DNA of 64,000 nucleotides, taken from Verrucomicrobiia bacterium (GTDB lineage Bacteria > Verrucomicrobiota > Verrucomicrobiia > Limisphaerales > DASXHY01). The notes under the pieces were generated by a model. It was not told the origin of the DNA. It searched no databases and was given only the letters and a program-made list of their open reading frames with translations. Shown here in pieces: positions 53,648-63,616 of the stretch (its first letter is position 1; every line of letters begins with the position of its first letter). The translations under genes were made by a program, and so were the position numbers. The stretch covers positions 19,369 to 83,368 of the forward strand of contig DASTXC010000040.1 in the NCBI GenBank assembly GCA_035765675.1, written 5' to 3'.

Positions 53648-55042
53648 TCATTTTCGTCGTTTCCAAAATTCCTTGAACGTTTCCGGCGCGATTTTCGGCG
53701 CTTCGCGGGTTTTCGTCCAGGGATACGCCGGATCGAGGCGCGTGCCTTTAACCAAGGGATGCAAGGTCTGGCCGAAGCGCCCGAACTTTGGCACCAGCGA
53801 GTAGAGCGCGGGACGATTGAACACAAAGTTCATCAGCCTGAAGCCGACTTTCCAGGGCAATGACGATTTCTGCTGCGTGGCGTTACGGCGGTTTTGCAAC
53901 AGATGATGCGCGAGATCGATTTTGACCGGACACGTTTCCGTGCAGGCGCCGCACAATGAACTGGAATTCGAAAGGTGTTTCCAATTCTGCAAACCGCGGT
54001 AATGCGGCGTGATCACGGAACCGATCGGGCCGCTGTAAGTTGTGCCGTAGGTGTGGCCGCCGACGTTGCGGAAAATCGGGCAGACGTTCAGGCACGCGCC
54101 GCAACGAATGCAGTGCAGCGAATCACGTTGCTCCGCGTCGGCGAGCAATTCCGTGCGACGATTATCGAGCAGAACCACGTGCCATTCTTCGGGTCCATCA
54201 GATTCGCCGGGCTGACGCGGGCCGCTGTACATCGTGTTGTAACCGGTCAACGCCTGGCCCGCGCCAGCGGTGGCCAGCATTGGAAGGAACAGCGCGAGAT
54301 CTTCGAGCCGCGGCAAGACCTTCTCGATGCCCATCAGCGTGATCATCGTTTTCGGAACCGCGGCCGTCAGACGCGCGTTGCCTTCATTTTCGGTGATCGA
54401 AATCATCCCGGTTTCAGCGATGGCGAAATTGCCGCCGGTGAAACCAATGTCGGCGGTGAGATATTTTTTCCGCAGAACACGGCGCGCGACCATCGTGAGT
54501 TCTTCGGGACTATCGGACGGCGCATCGCCGAGTTCCTTTTGAAACAGCGCCTGAATTTCCCCGCGCGTCAGGTGCATCGAGGGAAACACGATGTGATACG
54601 GCGGCTCGTGGCGCAGCTGGACGATGAACTCGCCGAGATCGGATTCCACGACCTTCAAGCCTTCGCGTTCCAACGCTTCGTTCAGGTGAATTTCCTCTGA
54701 AGTCATCGCCTTGGACTTGATCAGCGAGGTCGCTTTCTTGTCGCGAACAATTCCGAGAATGATGTCGCGGGCCTGATCGCCCGTGCTCGCCCAATGCACT
54801 TTTGTTCCGCGCGCTTCGAGTTGGGAGACGAATTGTTCCAGATACTTGTCGAGATGATTGATCGCTTCCCACTTGGTTTCCGCGGCGGCCTGGCGTGCGG
54901 ACTGGTAATCCTGAAATTTGGACTGTTTGCTTTCGCGAACGGCCATGTATTTGCCGAGCGCGGTTTGAATGAATTCGCGATGCTGCAGGTTGTGCGTCAG
55001 CACTTCGGCCTGGGCGTGGAATTTTTCAGCAGCACTGCTCAT
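53648..55042 (-). CDS. lutB: iron-sulfur lactate utilization protein B (LutB/YkgF)
   Basis: It has a LUD domain plus two 4Fe-4S motifs (CIRCGACLNVCP, CGACTETCP). Confidence 0.9.
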   Translation of the reverse strand: MSSAAEKFHAQAEVLTHNLQHREFIQTALGKYMAVRESKQSKFQDYQSARQAAAETKWEAINHLDKYLEQFVSQLEARGTKVHWASTGDQARDIILGIVRDKKATSLIKSKAMTSEEIHLNEALEREGLKVVESDLGEFIVQLRHEPPYHIVFPSMHLTRGEIQALFQKELGDAPSDSPEELTMVARRVLRKKYLTADIGFTGGNFAIAETGMISITENEGNARLTAAVPKTMITLMGIEKVLPRLEDLALFLPMLATAGAGQALTGYNTMYSGPRQPGESDGPEEWHVVLLDNRRTELLADAEQRDSLHCIRCGACLNVCPIFRNVGGHTYGTTYSGPIGSVITPHYRGLQNWKHLSNSSSLCGACTETCPVKIDLAHHLLQNRRNATQQKSSLPWKVGFRLMNFVFNRPALYSLVPKFGRFGQTLHPLVKGTRLDPAYPWTKTREAPKIAPETFKEFWKRRK

Positions 55043-55062
55043 GACAGAAATTTTTTAAACAC

Positions 55063-55148
55063 GAATGAACACGGATGAACACAGATTTTCAAAATACCAG
55101 TAATCGCTGAATGGGCGCGTTCTAATCCGTGTGCGTCGGTGTTCATTC
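55063..55148. repeat. imperfect inverted repeat (REP-like, GTGTTCATTC family) in the lutA-lutB spacer
   Basis: GAATGAACAC (55063-55072) pairs with GTGTTCATTC (55139-55148), with partial pairing further inward. The related string GTGTTCATTCGTG recurs at 56076-56088. Confidence 0.5.
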
Positions 55149-55160
55149 CGGGGTTGAAAC

Positions 55161-55874
55161 TCACCGGCTTGTCAGCACCTGGGCGAGGTGAATGGTTTTG
55201 ATCGGCTTTCCCTGGCGGTCGAGCAGGCCTTGAATGTGCATCAGACAACTGGAATCGCTGGACACGATGTAATCCGCGCCGGTCTCAATCGCCTGGCTGC
55301 ATTTCACTTCGCCCATCGCGGTGGAAATCATTGGGAATTTCACCGCAAACGTTCCGCCGAAACCGCAGCAGACCGCTTCCTTCATTTCGACGAGTTCCAG
55401 ATCGCGAACTTTTTCCAGCAGCAGACGCGGACCTTTTTTGATTCCCAGTTCCCGCAAGCCATGGCAGCCGTCGTGGAACGTGACTTTGGCCGGAAAGCGC
55501 GCGCCGAAATCCGTGACGCCCAGTTTGGCGACGAGAAAATCGGAAAACTCAAAACATTTCGCGGACAGCGCTTTCGCTGCGGCTTCGTGTTCGGTTCCGG
55601 CAAAAAGTTGCGGATAAAAAACTTTCAGCATCGCGCCGCAGGAACCGGAAGCGATCACCACCGCGTCCGCATTTTTGAAACGTTGAATCACCGGCAGCGC
55701 CAGTTCGCGCGCTTCCGGCCAGTAACCGGAATTGAACGCCGGCTGACCGCAGCAGTTCAGTTCCTCCGCGAAATCAATCTTGTGCCCGAGCCGCTCCAGA
55801 ATTTCGACGATGCTGATGCCGACGCGCGGATACAGCAGGTCCACAAAGCAGGGAATGAAAAGCGAAACGGTCAC
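55161..55874 (-). CDS. lutA: (Fe-S)-binding lactate utilization protein A (LutA/YkgE, CCG domains)
   Basis: VSLFIPCFVDLLYP, NCCGQPAFNSGY and a second CCG motif VCCGFGGTF. Confidence 0.9.
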   Translation of the reverse strand: MTVSLFIPCFVDLLYPRVGISIVEILERLGHKIDFAEELNCCGQPAFNSGYWPEARELALPVIQRFKNADAVVIASGSCGAMLKVFYPQLFAGTEHEAAAKALSAKCFEFSDFLVAKLGVTDFGARFPAKVTFHDGCHGLRELGIKKGPRLLLEKVRDLELVEMKEAVCCGFGGTFAVKFPMISTAMGEVKCSQAIETGADYIVSSDSSCLMHIQGLLDRQGKPIKTIHLAQVLTSR

Positions 55875-55906
55875 AATAATTTCAAGGATGCGGCAGATCC
55901 AACGTC

Positions 55907-56041
55907 GTAGCGCAGGTTTCCAAACCTGCTGTATCGCCGATTTCCAAATCGGCTGAGCGTGAAATGTTCTAAGCGCATCAAAATTTTCCAGCCGCGCAGG
56001 TTAGAAACCTGCGATACAGCAGACTGGGAAGTCTGCGCTAC
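55907..56041 (+). repeat. MITE-like composite palindromic element, copy 2
   Basis: Structure: GTAGCGCAG...CTGCGCTAC termini, with hairpins GCAGGTTTCCAAACCTGC, GCCGATTTCCAAATCGGC, GCAGGTTAGAAACCTGC and GCAGACTGGGAAGTCTGC. It is intergenic, between lutA and the MFS transporter gene. Confidence 0.8.
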
Positions 56042-56099
56042 TTCGGCTGCGGCTTCGCCGGATCAGGTTCATTGGTGTTCATTCGTGGTTAAGCCGGTT

Positions 56100-57680
56100 T
56101 CAATGCGCCGCCATGGATTTCGAGCCGGCGCGGACGTGTTTGAATAGTAAAATGAGCGGCAGGCAAACCAAGCAGAAAAGTCCGAACAACCGGAAGTCTT
56201 CCACAAACGACCACAAACTCGCCTGTTGCACGAGCTTTCCATAAAGAAGCTGCTGCGCCTGCAAATGCGCGGTCACGGGATCGGCATGAGCCGCGAGCGC
56301 GTGTTGCGCAACCGCGAGTTGTTCCATGTACGGCTGGTCATAAGGCGTCATGTGCCGGACCATCAACGCCTGATGCACCTGCGCGCGCCGATCCAGAAAA
56401 GTGCCAACCAGCGCAATGCCAATGCTGCCGCCGAGATTGCGCATCAGATTGTAAATGCCCGTCGCATTGCCCATTTGTTCCTGGCGCAAATGCCCCATCG
56501 TCGAAGTCGTCAGCGGAACGAAAATGAAACTGATTGCCACACCGTTCAGCACGCTCGGCCAAATCACATTGCGCATCGAAACCTGAAGATTGATCTGCCC
56601 GAGCCAGAACGATGACGTTGCCAACAGCGAAAATCCGATCAGCATCAGCACGCGATTCGGCACTTTGCCAATGATGCGGCCCACCAGCATCGTAGTGAGA
56701 AACGCGCCAATGCCGCGCGGGCTGAGCGCGAATCCGCTTTGCAGCGCCGGATAACCCATCATCGTTTGCAGAAAAATCGGCAGCGCCGCGGTCGTGCCGT
56801 ACAACACGGCCGCCAGCGTCGTGATGAGCAGAATGCCCGCGGCGTAATTGCGATTCTTGAGAATGCGCAGATTCACGATCGGATGTTCAGTTCGCAATTC
56901 GCGAATCAAAAATGCGATGAAACAAAACGCCGATAGCGCGGCGAAGGAGCGAATCCAGTTCGATTCAAACCAATCCTCCTGCTGCCCTTTGTCCAAAACG
57001 ATCTGCAACGTTCCCAGCCAGATTGCCAGAAAGAGAAAGCCCCAGGCGTCCACGCGTTCCACTTTCGCGTGCTTGATGTACGGCGGATCTTCCACCACCG
57101 CCTGCGCCATCAACGCGGCAAAAATTCCTACCGGCAGATTGATGTAAAAAATCCAGCGCCACGAATAATTGTCCGTGATCCAGCCGCCGAGCGTAGGGCC
57201 GAGAATCGGCGCGACCACCACGCCCATCGCAAACACCGCCATTGCCACGCCGCGTTTTTGCGGAGGAAAACTTTCCAGCAGCACCGCTTGAGAAATCGGC
57301 AGCATCGCGCCGCCGCCAATTCCCTGAAGCACGCGCGCGACGATCAGCAGTTGAAGATTCGGCGCCATTCCGCACAGCACCGACGCCAGCGTGAAGAGTC
57401 CAATGCACAGCACCAGCAGGCGTTTGCGTCCGAAATAAAGCGCGAGCCATCCAGTCATCGGCAGCACAATCGCATTGGACACCAGATAGCTCGTCAGCAC
57501 CCACGTGGATTCAGAAGTCGTGGCGGAAAGATTGCCCGCGATGTGCGGCAGCGACACGTTCGCGATGGAAGTGTCGAGCACTTCCATGAACGTCGCCGCC
57601 ATGACCGCCATCGCAATGAGGTACGGATTGTGGCTTGGACGCCACACGTCGGCGGGTTTGCTGATCGCGCCCTCGGCCAT
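56100..57680 (-). CDS. DHA2-family MFS efflux permease (EmrB/QacA-like, 14 TM)
   Basis: 526 aa with motifs LDTSIANVSLPHIAG, GWLALYFGRKRLL and LQGIGGGAMLP, which are typical of EmrB-type transporters. Confidence 0.9.
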   Translation of the reverse strand: MAEGAISKPADVWRPSHNPYLIAMAVMAATFMEVLDTSIANVSLPHIAGNLSATTSESTWVLTSYLVSNAIVLPMTGWLALYFGRKRLLVLCIGLFTLASVLCGMAPNLQLLIVARVLQGIGGGAMLPISQAVLLESFPPQKRGVAMAVFAMGVVVAPILGPTLGGWITDNYSWRWIFYINLPVGIFAALMAQAVVEDPPYIKHAKVERVDAWGFLFLAIWLGTLQIVLDKGQQEDWFESNWIRSFAALSAFCFIAFLIRELRTEHPIVNLRILKNRNYAAGILLITTLAAVLYGTTAALPIFLQTMMGYPALQSGFALSPRGIGAFLTTMLVGRIIGKVPNRVLMLIGFSLLATSSFWLGQINLQVSMRNVIWPSVLNGVAISFIFVPLTTSTMGHLRQEQMGNATGIYNLMRNLGGSIGIALVGTFLDRRAQVHQALMVRHMTPYDQPYMEQLAVAQHALAAHADPVTAHLQAQQLLYGKLVQQASLWSFVEDFRLFGLFCLVCLPLILLFKHVRAGSKSMAAH

Positions 57681-57686
57681 GATACC

Positions 57687-58949
57687 TTACTCAGCAGCAG
57701 GTTTGCGTTGCGCCAGTTTCCACCAGAAGAAACCAGCCACGAGCGCGAGCACAATGGCCGCGATCAATGTCGCCCATTCTGGAATCTCAAAGGAGAGAAC
57801 CCGCACCGAAGGATCCACCGACATGCCCGGACCGACCACGAATTGCGCGGGAATTTCCGAATCGAAAAGAATTCGAACGGGCACGCGCTGAACCACTTTG
57901 ACGAAATTGCCGACGGCATTTTCCGGCGGCAACAGGCTGAACGCCGCGCCGCTCCCGGCTTGAATGCTTTCGACATGACCGGGAAATGTGTGGTTGGCGA
58001 TGGAATCAATCTGGATTCGCACCGGCTGACCGACGCGGATTTTTTTCAACTGCGTTTCCTTGAAGTTCGCCGTGACCCAGATGTCTTTCTGCACGAGCGC
58101 CATGAGCTTCTGCCCGACCTGAACGTAATCGCCCGGCTCAACCGATTTGCGCGTGACGCGTCCGTCCCGCGGTGCGGTGACGTGAGTATAGGAAAGGTTC
58201 AGCTCGGCTTCGCGGATTTCGAGACTCGATTCTTCGCTCTGCGCTTCGGCGCGTTCCAATCCGCGCCTCCCGGCTTCAAGCTGCGCTTTGGCGGTATCGA
58301 CTTTCGAACGGTCGCTCAGGGCTTTTTCTTTGCCGGCATTGGCGGAAGCGAGCGCGGCAGCGGCGGCGGTTCGCGCGGTGTCGTATTCCTGCGGCGAAAT
58401 GATTTTTCGCTGATTCAAATCTTCCGCGCGTTGCAAATCGGCCTTGGCTTGTTCTGCCTTGGCTTCATCGGCGGCAGCTTCGGCTTCGGATTGTTTGGCG
58501 GTGGCTTCGGCGGAAATGACCTCCGTTTTCAATAACTCGAAGCTGGCTTTGATGACCTGTTCATTGGCGCGCGCGGTGGCAAGAGCGGATTTTTTTTGTT
58601 CCAACTGAACCTCGTAATCCCGTGGATCAATTTCCAAAAGCAGATCACCGGCTTTCACAAGTTGATTGGGCTGCACGTAAACACCCTTCACCTGGCCGTA
58701 AACTTTCGGTGCGATGGAAATGATGTCGCCGTCAATGAACGCATTGTCCGTCGATTCGTGCGTGAAGCTTTCGCCAAAAATGCGCAGGCCGATGAACAGC
58801 AGCCAGCCGAGAGCGAGGGTGCCAATGACGATGACGGGAAGGCGTTTCCAGAACGGAGTTTTGGCCGGTTTTTTTGGTTCAGCCGCCGGCGCGGCGTGCG
58901 GCTCGTTGGGCGATTGTGTTTCTTCCATAAGGCTGCTCCCGGAATTCAC
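57687..58949 (-). CDS. HlyD/EmrA-family periplasmic adaptor of the efflux pump
   Basis: It has an N-terminal TM anchor, a biotinyl-lipoyl-like motif (ISIAPKVYGQVKGVYVQPNQLVKAGDLLLEID), a long coiled coil and a beta-barrel domain. It ends 6 nt before the MFS gene start. Confidence 0.85.
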   Translation of the reverse strand: MNSGSSLMEETQSPNEPHAAPAAEPKKPAKTPFWKRLPVIVIGTLALGWLLFIGLRIFGESFTHESTDNAFIDGDIISIAPKVYGQVKGVYVQPNQLVKAGDLLLEIDPRDYEVQLEQKKSALATARANEQVIKASFELLKTEVISAEATAKQSEAEAAADEAKAEQAKADLQRAEDLNQRKIISPQEYDTARTAAAAALASANAGKEKALSDRSKVDTAKAQLEAGRRGLERAEAQSEESSLEIREAELNLSYTHVTAPRDGRVTRKSVEPGDYVQVGQKLMALVQKDIWVTANFKETQLKKIRVGQPVRIQIDSIANHTFPGHVESIQAGSGAAFSLLPPENAVGNFVKVVQRVPVRILFDSEIPAQFVVGPGMSVDPSVRVLSFEIPEWATLIAAIVLALVAGFFWWKLAQRKPAAE

Positions 58950-59257
58950 GTCAACGCGTCACCCTGACAGCAAACGGGGACTCGACCAATGTCGGATGTC
59001 CCGCATTTCCTTTTCGGATTAACCCGTGGTGGTGAGATAACTATTCGGTTACTTGCGGCGGAATGTCCACTGGAAAAATATGAATTTGCCGTTCCGTCAC
59101 TCAAAAGAACCTTCAACCATTGAATCAATCCCACGGCAACCTCATTTCATCGCACCGCGATATAATCCTTTTCGCATCTGTTTTGATTCATTTGCCCTGT
59201 TCGCGACGCGCTGTTCACTTGACGCCTGATCTCGCGACGGTTCACATTTCGAAAATC

Positions 59258-60583
59258 ATGAAGCGCTCTTTTCCTCAATTGACCCGGCTCGTTTCTCTTT
59301 CACTGTTGCTGGCCACGGCTCTTCCGCTGATCGCGGCAGAAAAGGTTTTTGAAGCCAAACCCAGCGATCCGTTCTTCGCGAAGTTCGAACCGCTGAAAGC
59401 GCCCGCTCCGGCCGGCCTCGCGCTTCAACCCGGCGACCGTCTCGCGATCATTGGCGATTCCATCACGGAACAACGGATGTATTCGCGCATCATCGAAACG
59501 TATCTCACGGTTTGCGTTCCTGAATTGAAAATCACCACGCGCCAGTTCGGTTGGAGCGGCGAAACCGCGGAAGGTTTTCTGCACCGCATGACCAACGATT
59601 GTCTGCGCTTTCATCCGACCATCGCCACCACCTGCTACGGCATGAACGATCATCGTTATCGCGCATTCGATGAAGCGAATGGAAACTGGTATCGCGAAAA
59701 TTACTCCGCGGTGGCGAGTTCTTTGAAAGCGTCCGGTGCGCGCGTGATTCTCGGTTCTGCCGGGTGCGTTGGAAAAACACCGCGCTGGGCTCCAAACACC
59801 AACACGCCGGTTGAAGTGCTGAACCTGAATCTCTGCGCGTTGCGGAACATCGATATCGGCATTGCGGAACAGGAACAGATTGGATTCGCGGATGTTTTCT
59901 GGCCGATGTTAAAAGCGGATTTCGCGGCGCGTCAAAAGTTCGGACCCGATTACGCGGTGTGCGGACAGGACGGCGTGCATCCGGATTGGGCGGGGCACTT
60001 GATCATGGCCTATATCTTTCTGAAAGCGATGGGACTGAACGGCGATGTCGGAACGTTCACCGTTGATCTCGCGGCAAACAAGGCTTCCGCCACGAGTGGT
60101 CATCACGTCGATGGTTTTGAGAACAACACGTTGACGCTGACCAGCACGCGCTATCCGTTCTGCGCGACCGGCGCGGCGGACAAGGATAATTCGCTCCGAT
60201 CCGGCATGGCGCTGGTTCCGTTCAACGCGGACCTGAATCGCCTGCGTTTGATTGTGAAAAACGGTTCCGCCGCAAATTATGCGGTAACGTGGGGAAACGA
60301 AACGCGCACCTATTCCGCTGCGCAACTCGCCGAAGGTGTGAATCTCGCGGAAGATTTTGCGGTGAATCCGTTTTCGGAAGCATTCGGAAAAGTTGATGCC
60401 GCGGTGGCCGAGAAACAGAAATACGAAACGCGCCAGATCAAGGATTTGTTTCACGGTCCCGAAGGTCGCGCGGATATGAAAGCCACCGTGGCGTTGACCG
60501 AAGAAACCCGCCAGCCGCTGACGGAAAAAATCGCCGCGGCATTCATTCCCGTGAAACACACAATCCGCATCGAGCCGAAATAA
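59258..60583 (+). CDS. secreted SGNH/GDSL-family hydrolase
   Basis: Signal peptide MKRSFPQLTRLVSLSLLLATALPLIAA. SGNH blocks are IIGDSITE (block I), GMNDH (block III) and DGVHPDWAGH (block V). The ORF opens earlier, at 59120. Confidence 0.8.
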   Translation: MKRSFPQLTRLVSLSLLLATALPLIAAEKVFEAKPSDPFFAKFEPLKAPAPAGLALQPGDRLAIIGDSITEQRMYSRIIETYLTVCVPELKITTRQFGWSGETAEGFLHRMTNDCLRFHPTIATTCYGMNDHRYRAFDEANGNWYRENYSAVASSLKASGARVILGSAGCVGKTPRWAPNTNTPVEVLNLNLCALRNIDIGIAEQEQIGFADVFWPMLKADFAARQKFGPDYAVCGQDGVHPDWAGHLIMAYIFLKAMGLNGDVGTFTVDLAANKASATSGHHVDGFENNTLTLTSTRYPFCATGAADKDNSLRSGMALVPFNADLNRLRLIVKNGSAANYAVTWGNETRTYSAAQLAEGVNLAEDFAVNPFSEAFGKVDAAVAEKQKYETRQIKDLFHGPEGRADMKATVALTEETRQPLTEKIAAAFIPVKHTIRIEPK

Positions 60584-60585
60584 TC

Positions 60586-60610
60586 CGGAGCGCGGACTTC
60601 AGTCCGCGAG
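60586..60610. repeat. single arm of the CGGAGCGCGGA..TCCGCGAG palindrome family (same family as 42313-42383)
   Basis: CGGAGCGCGGACTTCAGTCCGCGAG here, compared with CGGAGCGCGGAATTCATTCCGCGAG at 42313. Confidence 0.6.
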
Positions 60611-60642
60611 TTCCCGGTTGGACAGGCGACGTTTCACGTTCT

Positions 60643-60667
60643 AAAAAAAGCGGCGGAAGCCCGCCGC
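60643..60667 (-). terminator. candidate rho-independent terminator for ald (read on the minus strand)
   Basis: The minus strand reads GCGGCGG-GCTT-CCGCCGC followed by TTTTTTT (plus-strand A-run 60643-49). It lies about 80 nt downstream of the ald stop. Confidence 0.5.
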
Positions 60668-60747
60668 ACTCCAGGACGCTGACGCGAATCAAGAAGCCGC
60701 GTTTCATTAGCGGCGCAGAAACATTGCCCGGACATCTACCGTCAGGC

Positions 60748-61848
60748 TCAAAACTCCGGCGCGACCGATTTCATCCCGTGTGCATTCGCAACCGCCGAAT
60801 GCGTGATCCGGCCATTCAGAATATTGATGCCGCTCAGCAGCGCCGGTTGTTTTTCCATTGCTTCAGCCAAACCATGATCCGCGAGCAATTCAATGTAGCG
60901 ATACGTCACGTTGGTCAGCGCCTGTGTTGCCGTTCGCGCATAAGCGCCGGGCATGTTCGTCACGCAATAATGCGTCACGCCTTCTTCGACAAAGACTGGA
61001 TTCTGATGCGTCGTGGGCCGGGAGGTTTCGGCGCAGCCACCTTGATCAATCGCGATGTCCACCAGCACACTTCCCGGACGCATCCGGCGCAGCATTTCGC
61101 GTCGAACCAGCTTCGGCGCTTTGGCGCCGGGAACCAGCACTGCGCCGATCAATAAATCCACCGTCGGAAGAATTTCTGCCAGATGCGATTCGTTGGAATA
61201 CAACGTGTGCGCGGTGTGCAAAGTGATGTCCAGAAAGCGCATTCGTTCCGTGTCCACCTCGAGAATGGTGACATCCGCGCCGACGCCCTGGGCCATGCGC
61301 GCCGCGTTGATTCCGGAAGTTCCGCCGCCGAGCACCACCACTTTTCCCGGCAGCACACCCGGAACGCCACCGAGCAACACGCCGCTGCCACCGCAATGTT
61401 TCGCAAGGAAATATCCGCCAACCAGAATCGACATGCGCCCGGCGATTTCGCTCATCGGTTCCAGCAACGGCAATCGATGATTCACTTCCACCGTTTCATA
61501 AGCGAGCGCGGTGACGCCGGAATTGATCAGCGATTCCGTCAAAATCCGATTCGCGGCGAGATGCAGATACGTGAACAGCAACTGGCCCGGGCGTAACAAT
61601 GGAATTTCGGACGCAAGCGGTTCCTTCACTTTGACGATCAGTTCCGCGCGTTCAAAAACGGCTGGATGTGAATTCACGAGAATTGCACCGGCTTCGGCGT
61701 ATTCCGAATCCGGGTAACCCGCGCCCGCACCGGCGCCGCGTTCGACGATCACTTCGTGGCCGCGGCGAATGAGTTGATATGCGCCGGAAGGCAAAAGCGC
61801 GACGCGATATTCCTGCTCTTTGATTTCCTTGGGAACGCCAATGATCAT
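60748..61848 (-). CDS. ald: alanine dehydrogenase
   Basis: MIIGVPKEIKEQEYRVALLPSG, the Rossmann motif VVVLGGGTSGINAA, and VLVDIAIDQGGC. Confidence 0.92.
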   Translation of the reverse strand: MIIGVPKEIKEQEYRVALLPSGAYQLIRRGHEVIVERGAGAGAGYPDSEYAEAGAILVNSHPAVFERAELIVKVKEPLASEIPLLRPGQLLFTYLHLAANRILTESLINSGVTALAYETVEVNHRLPLLEPMSEIAGRMSILVGGYFLAKHCGGSGVLLGGVPGVLPGKVVVLGGGTSGINAARMAQGVGADVTILEVDTERMRFLDITLHTAHTLYSNESHLAEILPTVDLLIGAVLVPGAKAPKLVRREMLRRMRPGSVLVDIAIDQGGCAETSRPTTHQNPVFVEEGVTHYCVTNMPGAYARTATQALTNVTYRYIELLADHGLAEAMEKQPALLSGINILNGRITHSAVANAHGMKSVAPEF

Positions 61849-62166
61849 GAAAACAGTTTAGCATTGTCCGGCCTGAAAGCACGTTGGGCGGGAATTTGAT
61901 GTAGTGGCACGGGCGTCCCGCCTGTGCGAATCAAGACATTGGAATGGATCGTCGCGCGCGTGGTAGCGCGGCTCGCGCGGCGAGCCGCCGGCACGAACAG
62001 GTTCTTCGCGCCGTTCTGTTGATTCACACTTTTCCGGACGAGCGCGGAACAGCGCGCCGGGGCTGCCGCGGCGCGGCAATCGCTACCGGAACTGGATCAG
62101 CGGCTTATGATTGAACGAACGAAGTTTGACACGCGCGGGGCGGCAGGCATATTCGCCGCAACTCAA

Positions 62167-63615
62167 ATGAAACCGCGTTCTCTCACTGGCCGTGCACTGG
62201 CACGTTTTCGTTTCACCCGAAATCTTTTCCCGCTTCCACTCGCTACGCTGCTGATCGCCTTCAGTGTGAGCGTCTCGGCGCGGGACGTTGGAGAGTTTTT
62301 CAATCAGAACTGCGCCAATTGCCATGGCCGTGATCTTCAGGGCGGTTCCGCTCCGAGCCTGCTGACGAATGTCTGGAAACACGGCAGTGACGACGCGAGC
62401 ATCGCCCGTTCAATTGCTGAAGGTTATCCGACCAACGGAATGCCCTCGTGGAAAGGCGCGCTGACCGATGGCGAGATTCGCGCAATGGTCGTGCTGATTC
62501 ACGAAAAGCAGGCGCGGGCCAAACGCAAAGAAACGGTTTTCCCAAAGCCGAACGAAGATGAAATCGTGAAAAGCGAGGTGGAATCCTTCCGCATCAAAAC
62601 CGTGGTGGACGATCTCGACACTCCGTGGTCGCTGACGTTTCTGCCTGACCATCGGATGCTGGTGACGGAATTGCCCGGCAAACTGCGCGTGATTGAAAAT
62701 GGGCAGGTGTCACGTCCGGTCGCGGGAATTCCGCGCGCGCGGGTGCAGGGGCAGGGCGGTTTGATGGCCGTCGCGTTGCATCCGGGTTATGCAACGAACG
62801 GATGGATTTATTTGTCGTTCACCGATCGAAGTCAAAATGGCGATGCGATGACGGAAGTGGTGCGCGGCCGTCTTCAGGACAATCGCTGGACGGATCAGGA
62901 AATTATTTTCCGCGCGCCGGAAAATCTTTATCGTTCCGGCGGAATTCAATACGGCTGCCGTTTGGTTTTTGATCATCACGGACATCTGTTTTTCACGATC
63001 GGCGATTGCGGTCACAAGGAGGATTCCCAGGACATCACTCGACCCAACGGGAAAGTCCATCGCGTGATGCTCGACGGACAGATTCCACAGGACAATCCGT
63101 TCGTGAACACGTCCAATGCGGTTCCTTCGATCTGGAGCTACGGCCATCGAAATCAACAGGGTCTCGCTCAGGATCCCGTCACCGGCGAACTCTGGGCGAC
63201 CGAACACGGCCCGCGCGGTGGTGATGAATTGAATCTGATTCGCCCCGGATTGAACTATGGCTGGCCGGTGATCACTTACGGAATGGATTACAATGGTTCG
63301 CCGATCAGCGCACTGACCGCAAAGGAAGGAATGGAACAACCGGTGACTTATTGGACGCCATCAATCGCCGTGAGCGCCATCACGTTCTACACCGGTGATC
63401 AATTTCCGCATTGGAAAAACAATCTGTTCGTCAGCTCGCTCGCCGCGCAGGAACTCCGCCGGCTCGTGCTCAAGCAGGACAAAGTTCAATCGCAGGAAAT
63501 TCTGTTCAAGGACATCGGCCGCATTCGCGATGTCATCACCGGACCGGATGGTTTTCTTTACGTGGTGTTGAACAGCCCGGGAAAAATTGTCCGGCTCGAA
63601 CCGGCAAAGGAGTAG
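62167..63615 (+). CDS. PQQ-dependent sugar (glucose/sorbosone-type) dehydrogenase with N-terminal cytochrome c domain
   Basis: Signal peptide, then the heme motif CANCHG with a distal Met region (GMPSW). A beta-propeller body follows ([59 protein letters not shown]). The start is placed at ATG 62167. Confidence 0.85.
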   Translation: MKPRSLTGRALARFRFTRNLFPLPLATLLIAFSVSVSARDVGEFFNQNCANCHGRDLQGGSAPSLLTNVWKHGSDDASIARSIAEGYPTNGMPSWKGALTDGEIRAMVVLIHEKQARAKRKETVFPKPNEDEIVKSEVESFRIKTVVDDLDTPWSLTFLPDHRMLVTELPGKLRVIENGQVSRPVAGIPRARVQGQGGLMAVALHPGYATNGWIYLSFTDRSQNGDAMTEVVRGRLQDNRWTDQEIIFRAPENLYRSGGIQYGCRLVFDHHGHLFFTIGDCGHKEDSQDITRPNGKVHRVMLDGQIPQDNPFVNTSNAVPSIWSYGHRNQQGLAQDPVTGELWATEHGPRGGDELNLIRPGLNYGWPVITYGMDYNGSPISALTAKEGMEQPVTYWTPSIAVSAITFYTGDQFPHWKNNLFVSSLAAQELRRLVLKQDKVQSQEILFKDIGRIRDVITGPDGFLYVVLNSPGKIVRLEPAKE

Positions 63616-63616
63616 G

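Noticed and set aside
55907-56041. The possibility that the recurring GC-rich hairpins represent a CRISPR array or riboswitches.
   Set aside because: The repeats are dispersed singly across the window and not regularly spaced with unique spacers. No cas genes are present, and the hairpins sit at gene ends or between convergent genes, as REP/MITE-type elements do.
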